This document shows positions 33,452-43,078 of a stretch of 50,976 nucleotides of DNA, in pieces (the stretch's first letter is position 1; every line of letters starts with the position of its first letter). The position numbers and the translations under genes are program-made. The notes below the pieces were generated by a model. The model saw only the letters and a list, made by a program, of their open reading frames with translations, had not been told where the DNA came from and made no database searches. Source of the DNA: a virus (Duplodnaviria > Caudoviricetes); IMG/VR virus record IMGVR_UViG_3300033149_003293, positions 1-50,976 of that record. The stretch is one strand, 5' to 3'.

Positions 33452-33823
33452 ATGACGGTAGAAATGTCTATCGACCGTGGGAAACCACTCTCTTTTATTG
33501 AGCCTAAAGGCGACTGCATGTATCTGTTCATGGATTTACGTGAGCAGAAAAGCAGGTACATTTTCACGCCTGAGAACAGTCAGCAGATAAGCGAGACTGG
33601 CGTGATTATGGCTAAAGGCCCGAGGGTTAGTGATGAGTTTCAGGTTGGTGACCGTGTAGCTATTCACTACTACACGGGCACTCATCTTCAATTTAAAGAG
33701 TGCTATTCAGTCAGTCAGTTTCACCGTATTGTTAGAGAGCATGAGATACTGGCAAAAATCAACCAGGAAGAAAGAGACAAGTTCTACGACAGGGAAGACG
33801 ATGAGCACAAGGACTCGGTTTAA
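33452..33823 (+). CDS. groES: GroES-like co-chaperonin
   Basis: IEPKGD, IFTPEN, TGVIMAKGP, QVGDRV, YTGT, IVREHEILAKI. Confidence 0.8.
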   Translation: MTVEMSIDRGKPLSFIEPKGDCMYLFMDLREQKSRYIFTPENSQQISETGVIMAKGPRVSDEFQVGDRVAIHYYTGTHLQFKECYSVSQFHRIVREHEILAKINQEERDKFYDREDDEHKDSV

Positions 33824-33971
33824 ATTTGCGATTCTGGCGTTTTTTACTTTTATCGCATGTGCCGTTGTGAAACATTGGCTCACGGGACTAGATGTCCAGA
33901 TACTCATAGTAGGTGCTGTACCCACGCTGGCATACATTCTAGGTGAGACATTCAGACCGAGTAGGGGATAA
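33801..33971 (+). CDS. Small two-TM protein, holin candidate
   Basis: MSTRTRFKFAILAFF...LAYILGE. Confidence 0.5.
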   Translation: MSTRTRFKFAILAFFTFIACAVVKHWLTGLDVQILIVGAVPTLAYILGETFRPSRG

Positions 33972-33974
33972 ACT

Positions 33975-34661
33975 ATGGGAACAAAATTATTCAGTGAGTT
34001 TAAGGATGAGCTACAACTGGAGATGGGTGAGAGGACGGACATCGAGAGTTTGGGTGGAGTGAATTTCCTGGGTGTGTGGATTAATTCAGCCTACATGACG
34101 CTTGCCACACAGAATAAAATGTGGGGTATACGCAAGAGTTTCACATTCCCAGAGCTTGAGACATACAGTACCAACGTCACAGAGGATGGCTCACCTACTA
34201 TAGACGTGCCTACAGACCTGATAGTCACACGCCACGTATGGGACTCGACGAATGATGTCAAACTCACAGCTATACCGTTTGCTGAATATATAAACAACAC
34301 GGGCAGGGCTACTGCTGCATCCGAGGGTAAACCGACAGAGTATGTCAGGAATGGGGATTATTTCTATCTCCACCCCACGCCAGATGCGGAGTACACGATA
34401 TACATCTATTATCGTAAACGACCTGCTAAACTTGTAGACGATGATGACACTACTGTCATCGGTGCTGAGTGGGACGAGCCTATACTGAGATTAGCAGTTT
34501 CTCTCGGATTGAGGAAACTGCATCAGTATGATGCTGCTAAAAAAGAGCAGGAATTCTTTGAGGATATGGTTCGGGGTATAGTTGGGATATATGACCAGGA
34601 GGCACTTGATAAAGACCAGTACCTAAAGGCAGACCCACATTACATAGACCATAGCTATTGA
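33975..34661 (+). CDS. Head-tail adaptor (tail tubular protein A-like)
   Basis: WINSAY, G.PT.Y, LHPTPDAEYTIYIYY, W...I. Confidence 0.8.
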   Translation: MGTKLFSEFKDELQLEMGERTDIESLGGVNFLGVWINSAYMTLATQNKMWGIRKSFTFPELETYSTNVTEDGSPTIDVPTDLIVTRHVWDSTNDVKLTAIPFAEYINNTGRATAASEGKPTEYVRNGDYFYLHPTPDAEYTIYIYYRKRPAKLVDDDDTTVIGAEWDEPILRLAVSLGLRKLHQYDAAKKEQEFFEDMVRGIVGIYDQEALDKDQYLKADPHYIDHSY

Positions 34662-34667
34662 TAGACA

Positions 34668-34841
34668 ATGATTACAGATACATTTAGGCACTACCGCAAC
34701 GATAAGCTAAAAGCCTTCATAGAGTCTCTTAGCGAGGAAGAGCGGGTGGTAGCACATAAGACCATACAATTTATACGGACAGCTTTCCCTGAGTGCGAGG
34801 AATCAATACGGGGCAGGCTGATTCATGAGGAGAAAGGCTGA
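34668..34841 (+). CDS. Hypothetical protein, 57 aa (not in ORF track)
   Basis: MITDTFRHY...EEKG; TGATG overlap with the next gene. Confidence 0.55.
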   Translation: MITDTFRHYRNDKLKAFIESLSEEERVVAHKTIQFIRTAFPECEESIRGRLIHEEKG

Positions 34842-35221
34842 TGGGCATAACTAACGCAGGACTGGCTGAGGCGGCCGGATTATTGGGGGACACGGGTTCC
34901 CCATCGGCTTTTACATATTTAGCGTTGGGTTCAGGGGATACGGCTTTTGCAGCTACACAGACAGCCCTAGTGAGTGAAATTACGGATACTGGGCTTGAGA
35001 GGGCATCGGCTACCGTATCAAGAACCACAACTACCGTGACGAATGACACGTTGAAACTAACTCATCAATGGACGGCTACGGGTGATGTGACAGTCAAGGA
35101 GGCAGGGGTATTCAATGCTGCCTCTAGTGGTGACATGCTAGCACGCAAGGTTTTAGATTCTTCCGTTACCCTTGCCAACACAGACACATATACGTGGACA
35201 CATAATATAACACTGGCATAG
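34841..35221 (+). CDS. Stand-alone tail-collar/fibre N-terminal-like domain
   Basis: ITNAG, YLALGSG, T.L.SE, KEAGVFN, MLAR. Confidence 0.7.
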   Translation: MGITNAGLAEAAGLLGDTGSPSAFTYLALGSGDTAFAATQTALVSEITDTGLERASATVSRTTTTVTNDTLKLTHQWTATGDVTVKEAGVFNAASSGDMLARKVLDSSVTLANTDTYTWTHNITLA

Positions 35222-35233
35222 TATGAGATAAGT

Positions 35234-36517
35234 GTGAGATACAACAAATACCTTATACGTCCTGCATCTCATGGTTTAGACATGAGTGCACCATCCCTGC
35301 ATCAAGATTTGGGTCATGCCGACTGGCCAGCAAAGAATTTCAAGATAAGCCAGCAGAGCATTAAAAAGCGGTATGGTTACGGAGAGGACAGGGACTTAGG
35401 TGGTGGTGTAGAGGTTCAATCTATCATATATTACAAAAAAAGCGATGGTACTATCTACACGCTCTACCTCACGCCGACAGATGCTATAAAGCGTGAAAGC
35501 TCTGGCACGTGGAGTTATATCACAGTAGAGCATACGGGTGGAACCGTTAGTGGAATAGCGGGTGCAGTTATTACTGGGTCAAGCACAGATTGGGTAGATG
35601 CCACAGATGCTACAGCCCCTAAGGCGGGTGATTATTTCATCATGGACACAGACCATAGTTCTACCGCCGAGCCTGATTCAAACTGGGGTGAGATAGAATC
35701 TGTTGATAGTGACACACAAATCACTCTGGTGGATGCCTACACGGGTGCCACCTCTAGCGGGAATTACACGATACGTAAACAGTACGACGTCCCGAGCGGA
35801 GAGCGGTGGTCGTGGGCTGTAGTGAATGATAACGTGTATTTCGGGAATGGTAATGACCACGTTCAGGTGTATACGGGAAGTGGCTCGGCATCAAACCTGG
35901 ATACTACCAATGCGACACAGGCAAGATATCTTATTGAGTATGCCAACCGTTTAGTATTGGCAGATTATGGTTCTACACGTGAGGCTACGAGTGTTAAATG
36001 GTCTAAAGAGGGTGACCCGTCAGATTGGACTGATACTACTGCTGGCAGCACTACGTTTTTACAATCGGATGATTATATAACAGGGCTTGGAAAGGTCGGG
36101 TCAAGTCTTGTAGTTTACCAGAAAGACAGTTTAATATTTGGGCAAAGGACAGGCATTTCTACATCGCCTATTACATTCCCTCGGACAAAGCGGGGGGTGG
36201 GATGTGTTGCTCCATACAGTATAGTCGAGGTACGTGGTACCAATGCCTTTCTTGGGCGTGACGACGTGTATATTATTGATGGCGAGTCTCCTTATCCAAT
36301 AGGTGGGAAGATACGGGATAAATTACTATCCGTGGCAACATCCACAGAGCTTGAAAAAATGTTCGGATATAACAACATGCTGCAAAATGAGGTGAGGTGG
36401 TTCGTAACGGATACCGACAGCAACCGTCTATGTTTTGTGTGGAACTACAAGCATAACGAGTGGTATTACTATGAATTGAATGACAGCATGTCTTCTGGGG
36501 GGAAGGGACAAATATGA
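35234..36517 (+). CDS. Tail nozzle (P22 gp10 / tubular B-like), N-terminal beta-propeller part
   Basis: YANRLV, VKWS..GDP.DW, ITGL, GCVAPYSI, FLG.DDVY..DG, VWNY...W blades. Confidence 0.8.
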   Translation: MRYNKYLIRPASHGLDMSAPSLHQDLGHADWPAKNFKISQQSIKKRYGYGEDRDLGGGVEVQSIIYYKKSDGTIYTLYLTPTDAIKRESSGTWSYITVEHTGGTVSGIAGAVITGSSTDWVDATDATAPKAGDYFIMDTDHSSTAEPDSNWGEIESVDSDTQITLVDAYTGATSSGNYTIRKQYDVPSGERWSWAVVNDNVYFGNGNDHVQVYTGSGSASNLDTTNATQARYLIEYANRLVLADYGSTREATSVKWSKEGDPSDWTDTTAGSTTFLQSDDYITGLGKVGSSLVVYQKDSLIFGQRTGISTSPITFPRTKRGVGCVAPYSIVEVRGTNAFLGRDDVYIIDGESPYPIGGKIRDKLLSVATSTELEKMFGYNNMLQNEVRWFVTDTDSNRLCFVWNYKHNEWYYYELNDSMSSGGKGQI

Positions 36518-37602
36518 GTGAAGTCCTGACTAACGGCACCTTTACTGGTTCCCTCTCTGGGTGGACAAAGTATGGTGGCAGCAGCCGTGAGATGTTCTCC
36601 TATGATGCTACTGGTGCAGCTCATGATGGTGGTTCGGCAAAAGGGGGACATACAGGTGACCCATTAACCACGATACGATACAGTATGTACCAGGATATAA
36701 CCATCTCTGCTGCTGACGACATTAAAACGGCTAAGATGAGTGCGTGGTGTCAGTTTAATGACGCATGGTCTGCATCTCAATCCGAGGTGTCGAAGTCGTA
36801 TGTGGAATTTCGGGTTACATTCAAAGACCCAGATGGGAATTTTCATTATATAAAAAACTTAACCAGATACTATGGGAGTCTGACCTCAATAGATTTGCTT
36901 GATGAGGAAGATGTCAAGGCAGAACTCCAGGATGGTGGAAATGGTACGTGGAGTATCATTGTCGCAGCTTTTATCTACCGTGCCAATATTACAGACGGAT
37001 GGTTTGTTGCATGGTTTGATGATTTAAGCCTCAATATTGACTATTATGACTATGGTTCAGAGACAGAAACAATAACATTAACTGAGTCTACCAGCGAGAG
37101 TGCAGCCATCAGTGGCAGCCATACGGAAGAAATAATCCTGAGTGATAGTGGTGCGCTATCCATTAGTGCCGATCCGACGTTCAGGTATTATTATGGTTCG
37201 TATGATGGCAAGGTCTATGCTGAGGATAGTGCATACAAAGCTGATGATGGTACGTCTATACCGGCCCAATGGGAAAGTAAAGAAACTGATTTTGCCGAAG
37301 AAAGCATAGAGTCTCATAACAAATTTAAAACCATCTACAAGGTGAGGCTATGGTATGTAGATATTTCTGACACTACCGCCACGGTTACGGTTAAGATTAA
37401 ACCTAACGGTGGCTCTACATGGACATCAATAACCAGGAATATCGGTGGTAGTGGGGATGATACAAATAAACCAGAGGATTTCTTTGTTATACTGCATGGG
37501 CATAGTTTTAAGTTTCGAGTAGAAAACGACTCGTCTGATAATGAGTTTCAGTGGACTGCACTTGAAGTGTTTTATACTCTAGGCGGAGATTTTTTCTCAT
37601 GA
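36514..37602 (+). CDS. Carbohydrate-binding-like domain fused to the nozzle C-terminal part
   Basis: LTNGTF...GW...WFDDLSL jelly-roll, then GSYDGKVY...DDG..I...WES...DF...FKFRVEN. Confidence 0.65.
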   Translation: MSEVLTNGTFTGSLSGWTKYGGSSREMFSYDATGAAHDGGSAKGGHTGDPLTTIRYSMYQDITISAADDIKTAKMSAWCQFNDAWSASQSEVSKSYVEFRVTFKDPDGNFHYIKNLTRYYGSLTSIDLLDEEDVKAELQDGGNGTWSIIVAAFIYRANITDGWFVAWFDDLSLNIDYYDYGSETETITLTESTSESAAISGSHTEEIILSDSGALSISADPTFRYYYGSYDGKVYAEDSAYKADDGTSIPAQWESKETDFAEESIESHNKFKTIYKVRLWYVDISDTTATVTVKIKPNGGSTWTSITRNIGGSGDDTNKPEDFFVILHGHSFKFRVENDSSDNEFQWTALEVFYTLGGDFFS

Positions 37603-39158
37603 GCATCTTGAGGGTAAAAGAGTATCCGACTCAACAGGCGTTTGAGTCTATTGAGGATTATGTCAAGCGGATGCGTGAAGCACTACAGGAGGAAGCCACA
37701 GACAGGATACAGGACTTCGACATCCTGCAACTTGCCAATGTTCCCTGGATAGACGTTAGAACATACGGTGCTGACGGTGATGGGGTAGCGGATGATACTG
37801 ATGCTATACAGGCTTCTGTCGATGCGTTGTCCAGTGGTGGTATTGTATTTTTTCCTGCCGGAACATACCTGACCTCAAGTGTAATAGACATGGAGAGTGA
37901 TGTTACATTCATGGGGGTTGGTCGCAGCTCTAAAATTACATCAAATGGATCTCACTCAATATTCAGGGCTAATGACAAAGACAGGGCTGGTCTTGTCAGG
38001 TTGTATATTAGTGGCGGAACCGATGGTGTTACTATTTACTCCGGTTCAACGAGATGTTTTGTTGAGGGTTGTTTTTTTGATACCGGCAATAATGGGGTAT
38101 TGCTTAATGCAGCCCTATATTGCAGGGTAGTGAATAATTACATGGATAGTGTCGGTAAAAATGGAGTTTATGCTTATGCTGCCTCTCATTATAATATCAT
38201 AACCAATAACCACATTATTTCACCTTCTGGCATGGGGGTAGCGGTTTACAACGGTAGTCAACAAAATCTCATCCAGGGAAATTATGTTTATGATACAGGT
38301 GAGAATGGCATCTTTGTCAACGATGCTGATGATACTACACACTCCAATTATAACTCCATTATTGGCAATATTGTTTATCGTACCGGCGTTTCACATGCTA
38401 ATGGCGGAAATGGAATTGAGCTTGGGCTTGAGCAGGTTGGTAGCATTGTACAGGGAAACATAGTTAGTGGAGCAGGATATGGGCGTTCCGGTGATGGTGT
38501 TACATCTGCATTTGGTATAAGTGTTCACGGCAGTGATAACGTCATTAGTGGTAACTGTGTTCTCAATTCTTTATATCATGGTATTTATTTATACGAGTGT
38601 TTAAATTCCACGTGTATTAACAACGTGGTTAAAAACAGTTCAAAGGAAAGTGGATCAGCACACGACGGTATTCGCATAACCGGAACTGCCAGTAATGTTT
38701 CACATGGTAATATTATTGCAAACAACAGATGTTTTGATGATCAGGGAACAAAAACACAGGATTACGGAATCCGAGAAATTGGTGGTTACGAAAACCACAA
38801 CTTGTGTATTGGGAATATTCTCAGGGATAACATTCAGGATGTTGGGATTTTGTTAATCGGGGCAAACTCTCGTGGTCAACACAATATACACGATGCAAGT
38901 GTTTCTATTGCTTCGGCAGCTACAATAACCCTACCGAGTACAGGGGAATATTTTAATATCACGGGGACAACCAACATAACATCGGTAACAGCATCCTGGA
39001 GAGATCGGCGGGTAGTGCTAAAGTTTGCGGGTGCTTTAACATTTACCGATGGAAACAATCTCAAACTGGCTGGAGATTTTACCACCTCGGCGGATGATAC
39101 GATTACTTTAGTATGTTCCGGAACAAACTGGTACGAGGAGAGTCGGAGTGCCAACTAA
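37599..39158 (+). CDS. Tailspike / depolymerase (pectate-lyase-3 type right-handed beta-helix)
   Basis: DVRTYGADGDGVADDTDAIQA...VFFPAGTY; repeated I.GN rungs. Confidence 0.9.
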   Translation: MSILRVKEYPTQQAFESIEDYVKRMREALQEEATDRIQDFDILQLANVPWIDVRTYGADGDGVADDTDAIQASVDALSSGGIVFFPAGTYLTSSVIDMESDVTFMGVGRSSKITSNGSHSIFRANDKDRAGLVRLYISGGTDGVTIYSGSTRCFVEGCFFDTGNNGVLLNAALYCRVVNNYMDSVGKNGVYAYAASHYNIITNNHIISPSGMGVAVYNGSQQNLIQGNYVYDTGENGIFVNDADDTTHSNYNSIIGNIVYRTGVSHANGGNGIELGLEQVGSIVQGNIVSGAGYGRSGDGVTSAFGISVHGSDNVISGNCVLNSLYHGIYLYECLNSTCINNVVKNSSKESGSAHDGIRITGTASNVSHGNIIANNRCFDDQGTKTQDYGIREIGGYENHNLCIGNILRDNIQDVGILLIGANSRGQHNIHDASVSIASAATITLPSTGEYFNITGTTNITSVTASWRDRRVVLKFAGALTFTDGNNLKLAGDFTTSADDTITLVCSGTNWYEESRSAN

Positions 39159-39573
39159 ATACATTGCACCTTATATCACAGAGACAGAGTACAGGTGTAA
39201 ATGTTGCTCTGGACTACCCCCCGATTTTGATGCCGACGGTGTAGAGTATGGTGCTTTATTCGATGCGTTCATGGATATACGTGAGGAGTGGGGTAAACCA
39301 ATGAGGATAACATCCGGCTACAGATGCCCGATGCGTAATGCTATGGTAGGTGGACGGGTACTGTCTGTTCACATGTGGGGGCTTGCCCTAGACCTTGACT
39401 GTGATGATATAGATGATGTGTTTTTACTCGATGAGATAATCGAGGAGCTACACCCCGACCTGCGACGGGGTAGGTACACAGATTCAGGAACTTTCATACA
39501 TATTGATTGCGGATATTTTATTTATCCTAGAGCCATAGAAAAATGGCGAGTAGGTGCAAGATGGAGTGGATAA
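39148..39573 (+). CDS. Endolysin, peptidase M15A family
   Basis: CKCC, ITSGYRC..RN..VGG...SVHMWGLALD, FIHID. Confidence 0.9.
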   Translation: MPTKYIAPYITETEYRCKCCSGLPPDFDADGVEYGALFDAFMDIREEWGKPMRITSGYRCPMRNAMVGGRVLSVHMWGLALDLDCDDIDDVFLLDEIIEELHPDLRRGRYTDSGTFIHIDCGYFIYPRAIEKWRVGARWSG

Positions 39574-39574
39574 G

Positions 39575-40117
39575 ATGGAATGGATAAAAGATATCGATTG
39601 GGAACGGTTAAAAGAGCCACACCCGATGTTCACGCCTTTTGTACCTAAAGACCCTGCTGACCCTACCGACCCGTTCTACAGGAAAGTGTCCAGGCTACAG
39701 ACGTTGCTGATGAAACGTCCTCTATGGCTGAGTGACGAGTACAGGACAGAGCAGGGTATAGATGCAATCATAGACTCGTATTTCAGGGGATACAGATTCA
39801 ATATATTTTATGAGGCTGGAGATTTCCAGGCATTGATAGGCTTCATGGATATACTCCCTGAATTCAAATGTGAGATAACTTTAAAGTTAATAGACAAGCA
39901 CCTCTGGGGTGCAGATTTCGTGCGTGCCAGCAAAGAGTTGGTGGAGCTATTCATGAAAGAGATGAGGTTGAAACGAATCTCGATAGAGACTGCTGATAAA
40001 AGGATCGTGAAGATGGCTAAAATGGTTGGTTTTGTGGATGAGGGTAAACGCCCGAATGACCTCAGATGGGAGAATAGATTTTATAACAAATACCTCCTGG
40101 GTAAATATAGTGTATAG
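39575..40117 (+). CDS. GNAT-fold protein (position of T7 gp13)
   Basis: LKRI......KMVGFVDEG..R pattern; precedes the ejection proteins. Confidence 0.75.
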   Translation: MEWIKDIDWERLKEPHPMFTPFVPKDPADPTDPFYRKVSRLQTLLMKRPLWLSDEYRTEQGIDAIIDSYFRGYRFNIFYEAGDFQALIGFMDILPEFKCEITLKLIDKHLWGADFVRASKELVELFMKEMRLKRISIETADKRIVKMAKMVGFVDEGKRPNDLRWENRFYNKYLLGKYSV

Positions 40118-40155
40118 GAGAAATTAAAATTTCGTGTCAAGGAAAACCAATAGAA

Positions 40156-40536
40156 ATGGCAGATTTGAGAACGCCGGAACAGAAGGAAATGATGGCAAAA
40201 CTATTTCCACTTCTTTTGTCTGGAATACAAAAAGGTGCCACACCATTTGGTGGAATGTTATCACAGCCTCCAGACCCATCTATGCTTAGTGCTATGAATG
40301 TGATGCACCAGATGGGTGGTCAGGGGCCGTATACATTTCCAGGTATGCAGACAGGGCCATACCTACCGTCAGGTGGGATTAATCCTCCTCCGGTGGGTTA
40401 TAATGGTGATGGCGGTGGTAGTGGCGGTGGTTATAGTCCAGGGTCAGGAAGGGAAAGACCATGGGAACCGCAAGACTACGACCCTTATGCACCATGGCGG
40501 CCAGGAGGGAGACGGCCTGGGCCTAAACCAAGATGA
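40156..40536 (+). CDS. G/P/M-rich internal virion (ejection) protein
   Basis: Composition and position. Confidence 0.6.
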   Translation: MADLRTPEQKEMMAKLFPLLLSGIQKGATPFGGMLSQPPDPSMLSAMNVMHQMGGQGPYTFPGMQTGPYLPSGGINPPPVGYNGDGGGSGGGYSPGSGRERPWEPQDYDPYAPWRPGGRRPGPKPR

Positions 40537-40718
40537 AGAATCGCCTAAACAAGCTCTGGAACCTGCCTATAAAAAACCCGACTCAGACCAAGTACAATCG
40601 TTTCAGGGTAGGGCCAGGGGGTAGGTTAAAGTCTGGTTTTACCGATGCGGTAGAGAGCTTTGAGAAGGCAATGAGAAAAGAAAAAACAATTTACGAAAAA
40701 TACATAGAAAGCATGTAG
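40533..40718 (+). CDS. Small basic hypothetical protein
   Basis: ATGA-coupled. Confidence 0.55.
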   Translation: MKNRLNKLWNLPIKNPTQTKYNRFRVGPGGRLKSGFTDAVESFEKAMRKEKTIYEKYIESM

Positions 40719-40725
40719 GTGAGCT

Positions 40726-41868
40726 ATGATTGACATCCAGAAAATAACAAGTAGACCTGGTGGGGGTATGAGAGGTCGTGGTGATAGAGGTGGTACCGAT
40801 ACTGGTAGTCCGCCTACAGAGACTCCACCCTCGGATACTCCGCCCTCTGCCGACCCGTGGCGACCCGCTACTACTAACCCAGCAGATTGGGGGCACTCCA
40901 TAAAGTACCCTGGGGCTGCTGCGAATGTAGGGCAGGAGTGGCTGAGAGACCCCAGTTGGGGGGGGCATATTATATGGAATCCAGAACTCGGGTTCCAGGA
41001 TTTTCCGACAATGGCTAAACTATACGAAAGTGCAGGGGGGCCGGTAACTCAGGAACAGATGCTAAGTTGGGGGCTCACACCACAGATGGGGTCAGATTGG
41101 AGGAAATATTTCCCAGACAGAAAGACCAAAGAAGAACGTGGCTGGACAGGTGGAGGTCAGGCAGGGCTTGGTGGTTGGCAGGATTATTTCAAGAATTTCA
41201 CAGAAAATCAGGGACAAGGGTACCCGGGAGGATATACTATGCCAGAAGGATACACTATGCCAGAGGCAAAACCATTTCCATATCCACAGCAATGGCAGAC
41301 AGCCAGTGATGTATTCACTCGTTTCGCACGTGGACTACCCACCGACACTACGCAGTGGTGGGAGGCACAGCAGGCACCGTTTGAGAGGCGTATAGAAGAC
41401 CAGGTGAAACAGATGGCAGAGCAGATGGGTCTAGGTGGACTCAGGTACTCTACGCCGATGACTGGTCAGATAGCAGACATCACGGGTAGAGAGAGTGCTA
41501 ATCTATGGAGCCAGCTTGCACAGACTCAGCTAGGACTGACTGAGGCTGCCAAGAATAGGGGGATGCAGGCAGCGGGTGGACTCACTGGTTTAGGTCAGCA
41601 GTATTTGAATGCACCACAGGATTGGGCACAGAGAATGTACCAGATGGGTGCAGGTATGACAGGGCTAGGACAACAGGGACTAAGCAGAGCCTATCAAGAT
41701 TGGATGAGAACCACACCTGAGATGAATCCATGGCTTGCACAGGCTATGGGATTTGCTGGTATGCAGAGCCAGATGATGCCACAGCAGTACCAGCCGAGCT
41801 TCTTGAGTCAGCTATTGGGATTAGGTGGCATGGCACTACCGTTTATACCAGGATGGGGGGGGGGATAA
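40726..41868 (+). CDS. Internal virion/ejection protein
   Basis: G/Q/M-rich, no Cys, hydrophobic C-terminus LLGLGGMAL. Confidence 0.7.
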   Translation: MIDIQKITSRPGGGMRGRGDRGGTDTGSPPTETPPSDTPPSADPWRPATTNPADWGHSIKYPGAAANVGQEWLRDPSWGGHIIWNPELGFQDFPTMAKLYESAGGPVTQEQMLSWGLTPQMGSDWRKYFPDRKTKEERGWTGGGQAGLGGWQDYFKNFTENQGQGYPGGYTMPEGYTMPEAKPFPYPQQWQTASDVFTRFARGLPTDTTQWWEAQQAPFERRIEDQVKQMAEQMGLGGLRYSTPMTGQIADITGRESANLWSQLAQTQLGLTEAAKNRGMQAAGGLTGLGQQYLNAPQDWAQRMYQMGAGMTGLGQQGLSRAYQDWMRTTPEMNPWLAQAMGFAGMQSQMMPQQYQPSFLSQLLGLGGMALPFIPGWGGG

Positions 41869-42044
41869 TGTCAATACTAATAGGACACTGGAAGGAAGAA
41901 GAACCCTCAGTGATGTACAAGATACGAAAAAAGGTTATTATGGAACAAGGTGGGAATTCGTGGAATCAGTATTTAATCAAGAGGTTTGCACCTCAATTTC
42001 CCATTGACTATCAACAAGAACTTTATGAAAAATGGAGGGCATAA
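41868..42044 (+). CDS. Hypothetical protein, 58 aa
   Basis: TAATG overlaps at both ends. Confidence 0.55.
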   Translation: MSILIGHWKEEEPSVMYKIRKKVIMEQGGNSWNQYLIKRFAPQFPIDYQQELYEKWRA

Positions 42045-42328
42045 TGTCATTCTACAATCCATACATGAAAACACCAGATTTCGGACAGGGTGCGTCCGAT
42101 ATAATGAATCAGATTATGATGATGCAGATGATGAAGAGGATGTTTCCGCAGACACAGACTACGGAGATACCCAGCACTACCCCGCAGGGAATGCCACCCC
42201 CGATGTCTAGTATACAACCACCACAGGGGATGGGGCAACAGATAACTGGGGCTGCACCATCCCAGATGGGGCAGCAGATACCACCACATATGATAGAGAT
42301 GATTTTAAATCTGATTCGCAGGGGGTAG
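42044..42328 (+). CDS. M/Q/P-rich internal virion protein
   Basis: Composition; start re-called at MSFYNPY. Confidence 0.65.
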   Translation: MSFYNPYMKTPDFGQGASDIMNQIMMMQMMKRMFPQTQTTEIPSTTPQGMPPPMSSIQPPQGMGQQITGAAPSQMGQQIPPHMIEMILNLIRRG

Positions 42329-42331
42329 GAC

Positions 42332-43078
42332 ATGAACTACTACGGAACAGACCCAGCACGCTATGCTATGCATCAGCAGTCCAGGCAAGACCAGAGGATG
42401 TCTAATCTGCTCAATATGATGATGCAGATGCAGGCAATAAAGCAACGGCAACAAAAATGGGAAGAAGATAAACTGCAATGGCAGAGAGAACAGAAAAGAA
42501 AAGAATCGGCTACCGAAGCCCTCAATAAATGGTATACTCATTTGCAGGAACCAAAGCAGACTCTCCCATGGCAAGAACAGCTTAGTCGTGACCTCATAAA
42601 AAGGGAGGCTGAAGAAGCAATCAAAGCCAAGTATAGAGAACCGAAAGCACCTCCGTATAAACTCACACCTGAGGGCAAACTAGAGGCACAGATAAAAAAA
42701 GACCGCACTAGAATTGAAAATCTATATAAACAATATGACAAAGAGAGAACACGCTATATCTCTCAGATGAAAAGCGTGGAAAATCCCAATGCTAAACTCA
42801 AATTACAAACAACCTTGCGAAATTTAGATAGGGGGTTAAATCTTTTAACTTTAATGGGAGATTTAGTAGATAAGGGTTCCCCTCTTTCTGAAGATGCTCA
42901 GAAAAAGCTTAACAACCTACTCAATATCAACAGGATAAAACGAGAGGGACTAGGGGATGTTCAGGAAGTATCGGCTATTGATGCCAGTACACTACCGCCT
43001 GGAACACAGATTGCCGAAAACGAAGAAACTGGAGAACAGATAGCCTACGTTAACGGACAATGGATACGAATCAAGTAA
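42332..43078 (+). CDS. Helical internal virion protein
   Basis: Q-rich N-terminus; C-terminal A.N.ETGEQI...NGQW. Confidence 0.7.
   Translation: MNYYGTDPARYAMHQQSRQDQRMSNLLNMMMQMQAIKQRQQKWEEDKLQWQREQKRKESATEALNKWYTHLQEPKQTLPWQEQLSRDLIKREAEEAIKAKYREPKAPPYKLTPEGKLEAQIKKDRTRIENLYKQYDKERTRYISQMKSVENPNAKLKLQTTLRNLDRGLNLLTLMGDLVDKGSPLSEDAQKKLNNLLNINRIKREGLGDVQEVSAIDASTLPPGTQIAENEETGEQIAYVNGQWIRIK

Noticed and set aside
21257-42331. Amber (TAG) recoding, suggested by in-frame neighbours after TAG at 21259, 31404, 35221 and 42328
   Set aside because: Most other TAG stops are followed by out-of-frame genes, the fraction is near the one-third expected by chance, long genes have no internal TAG, and no suppressor tRNA was seen
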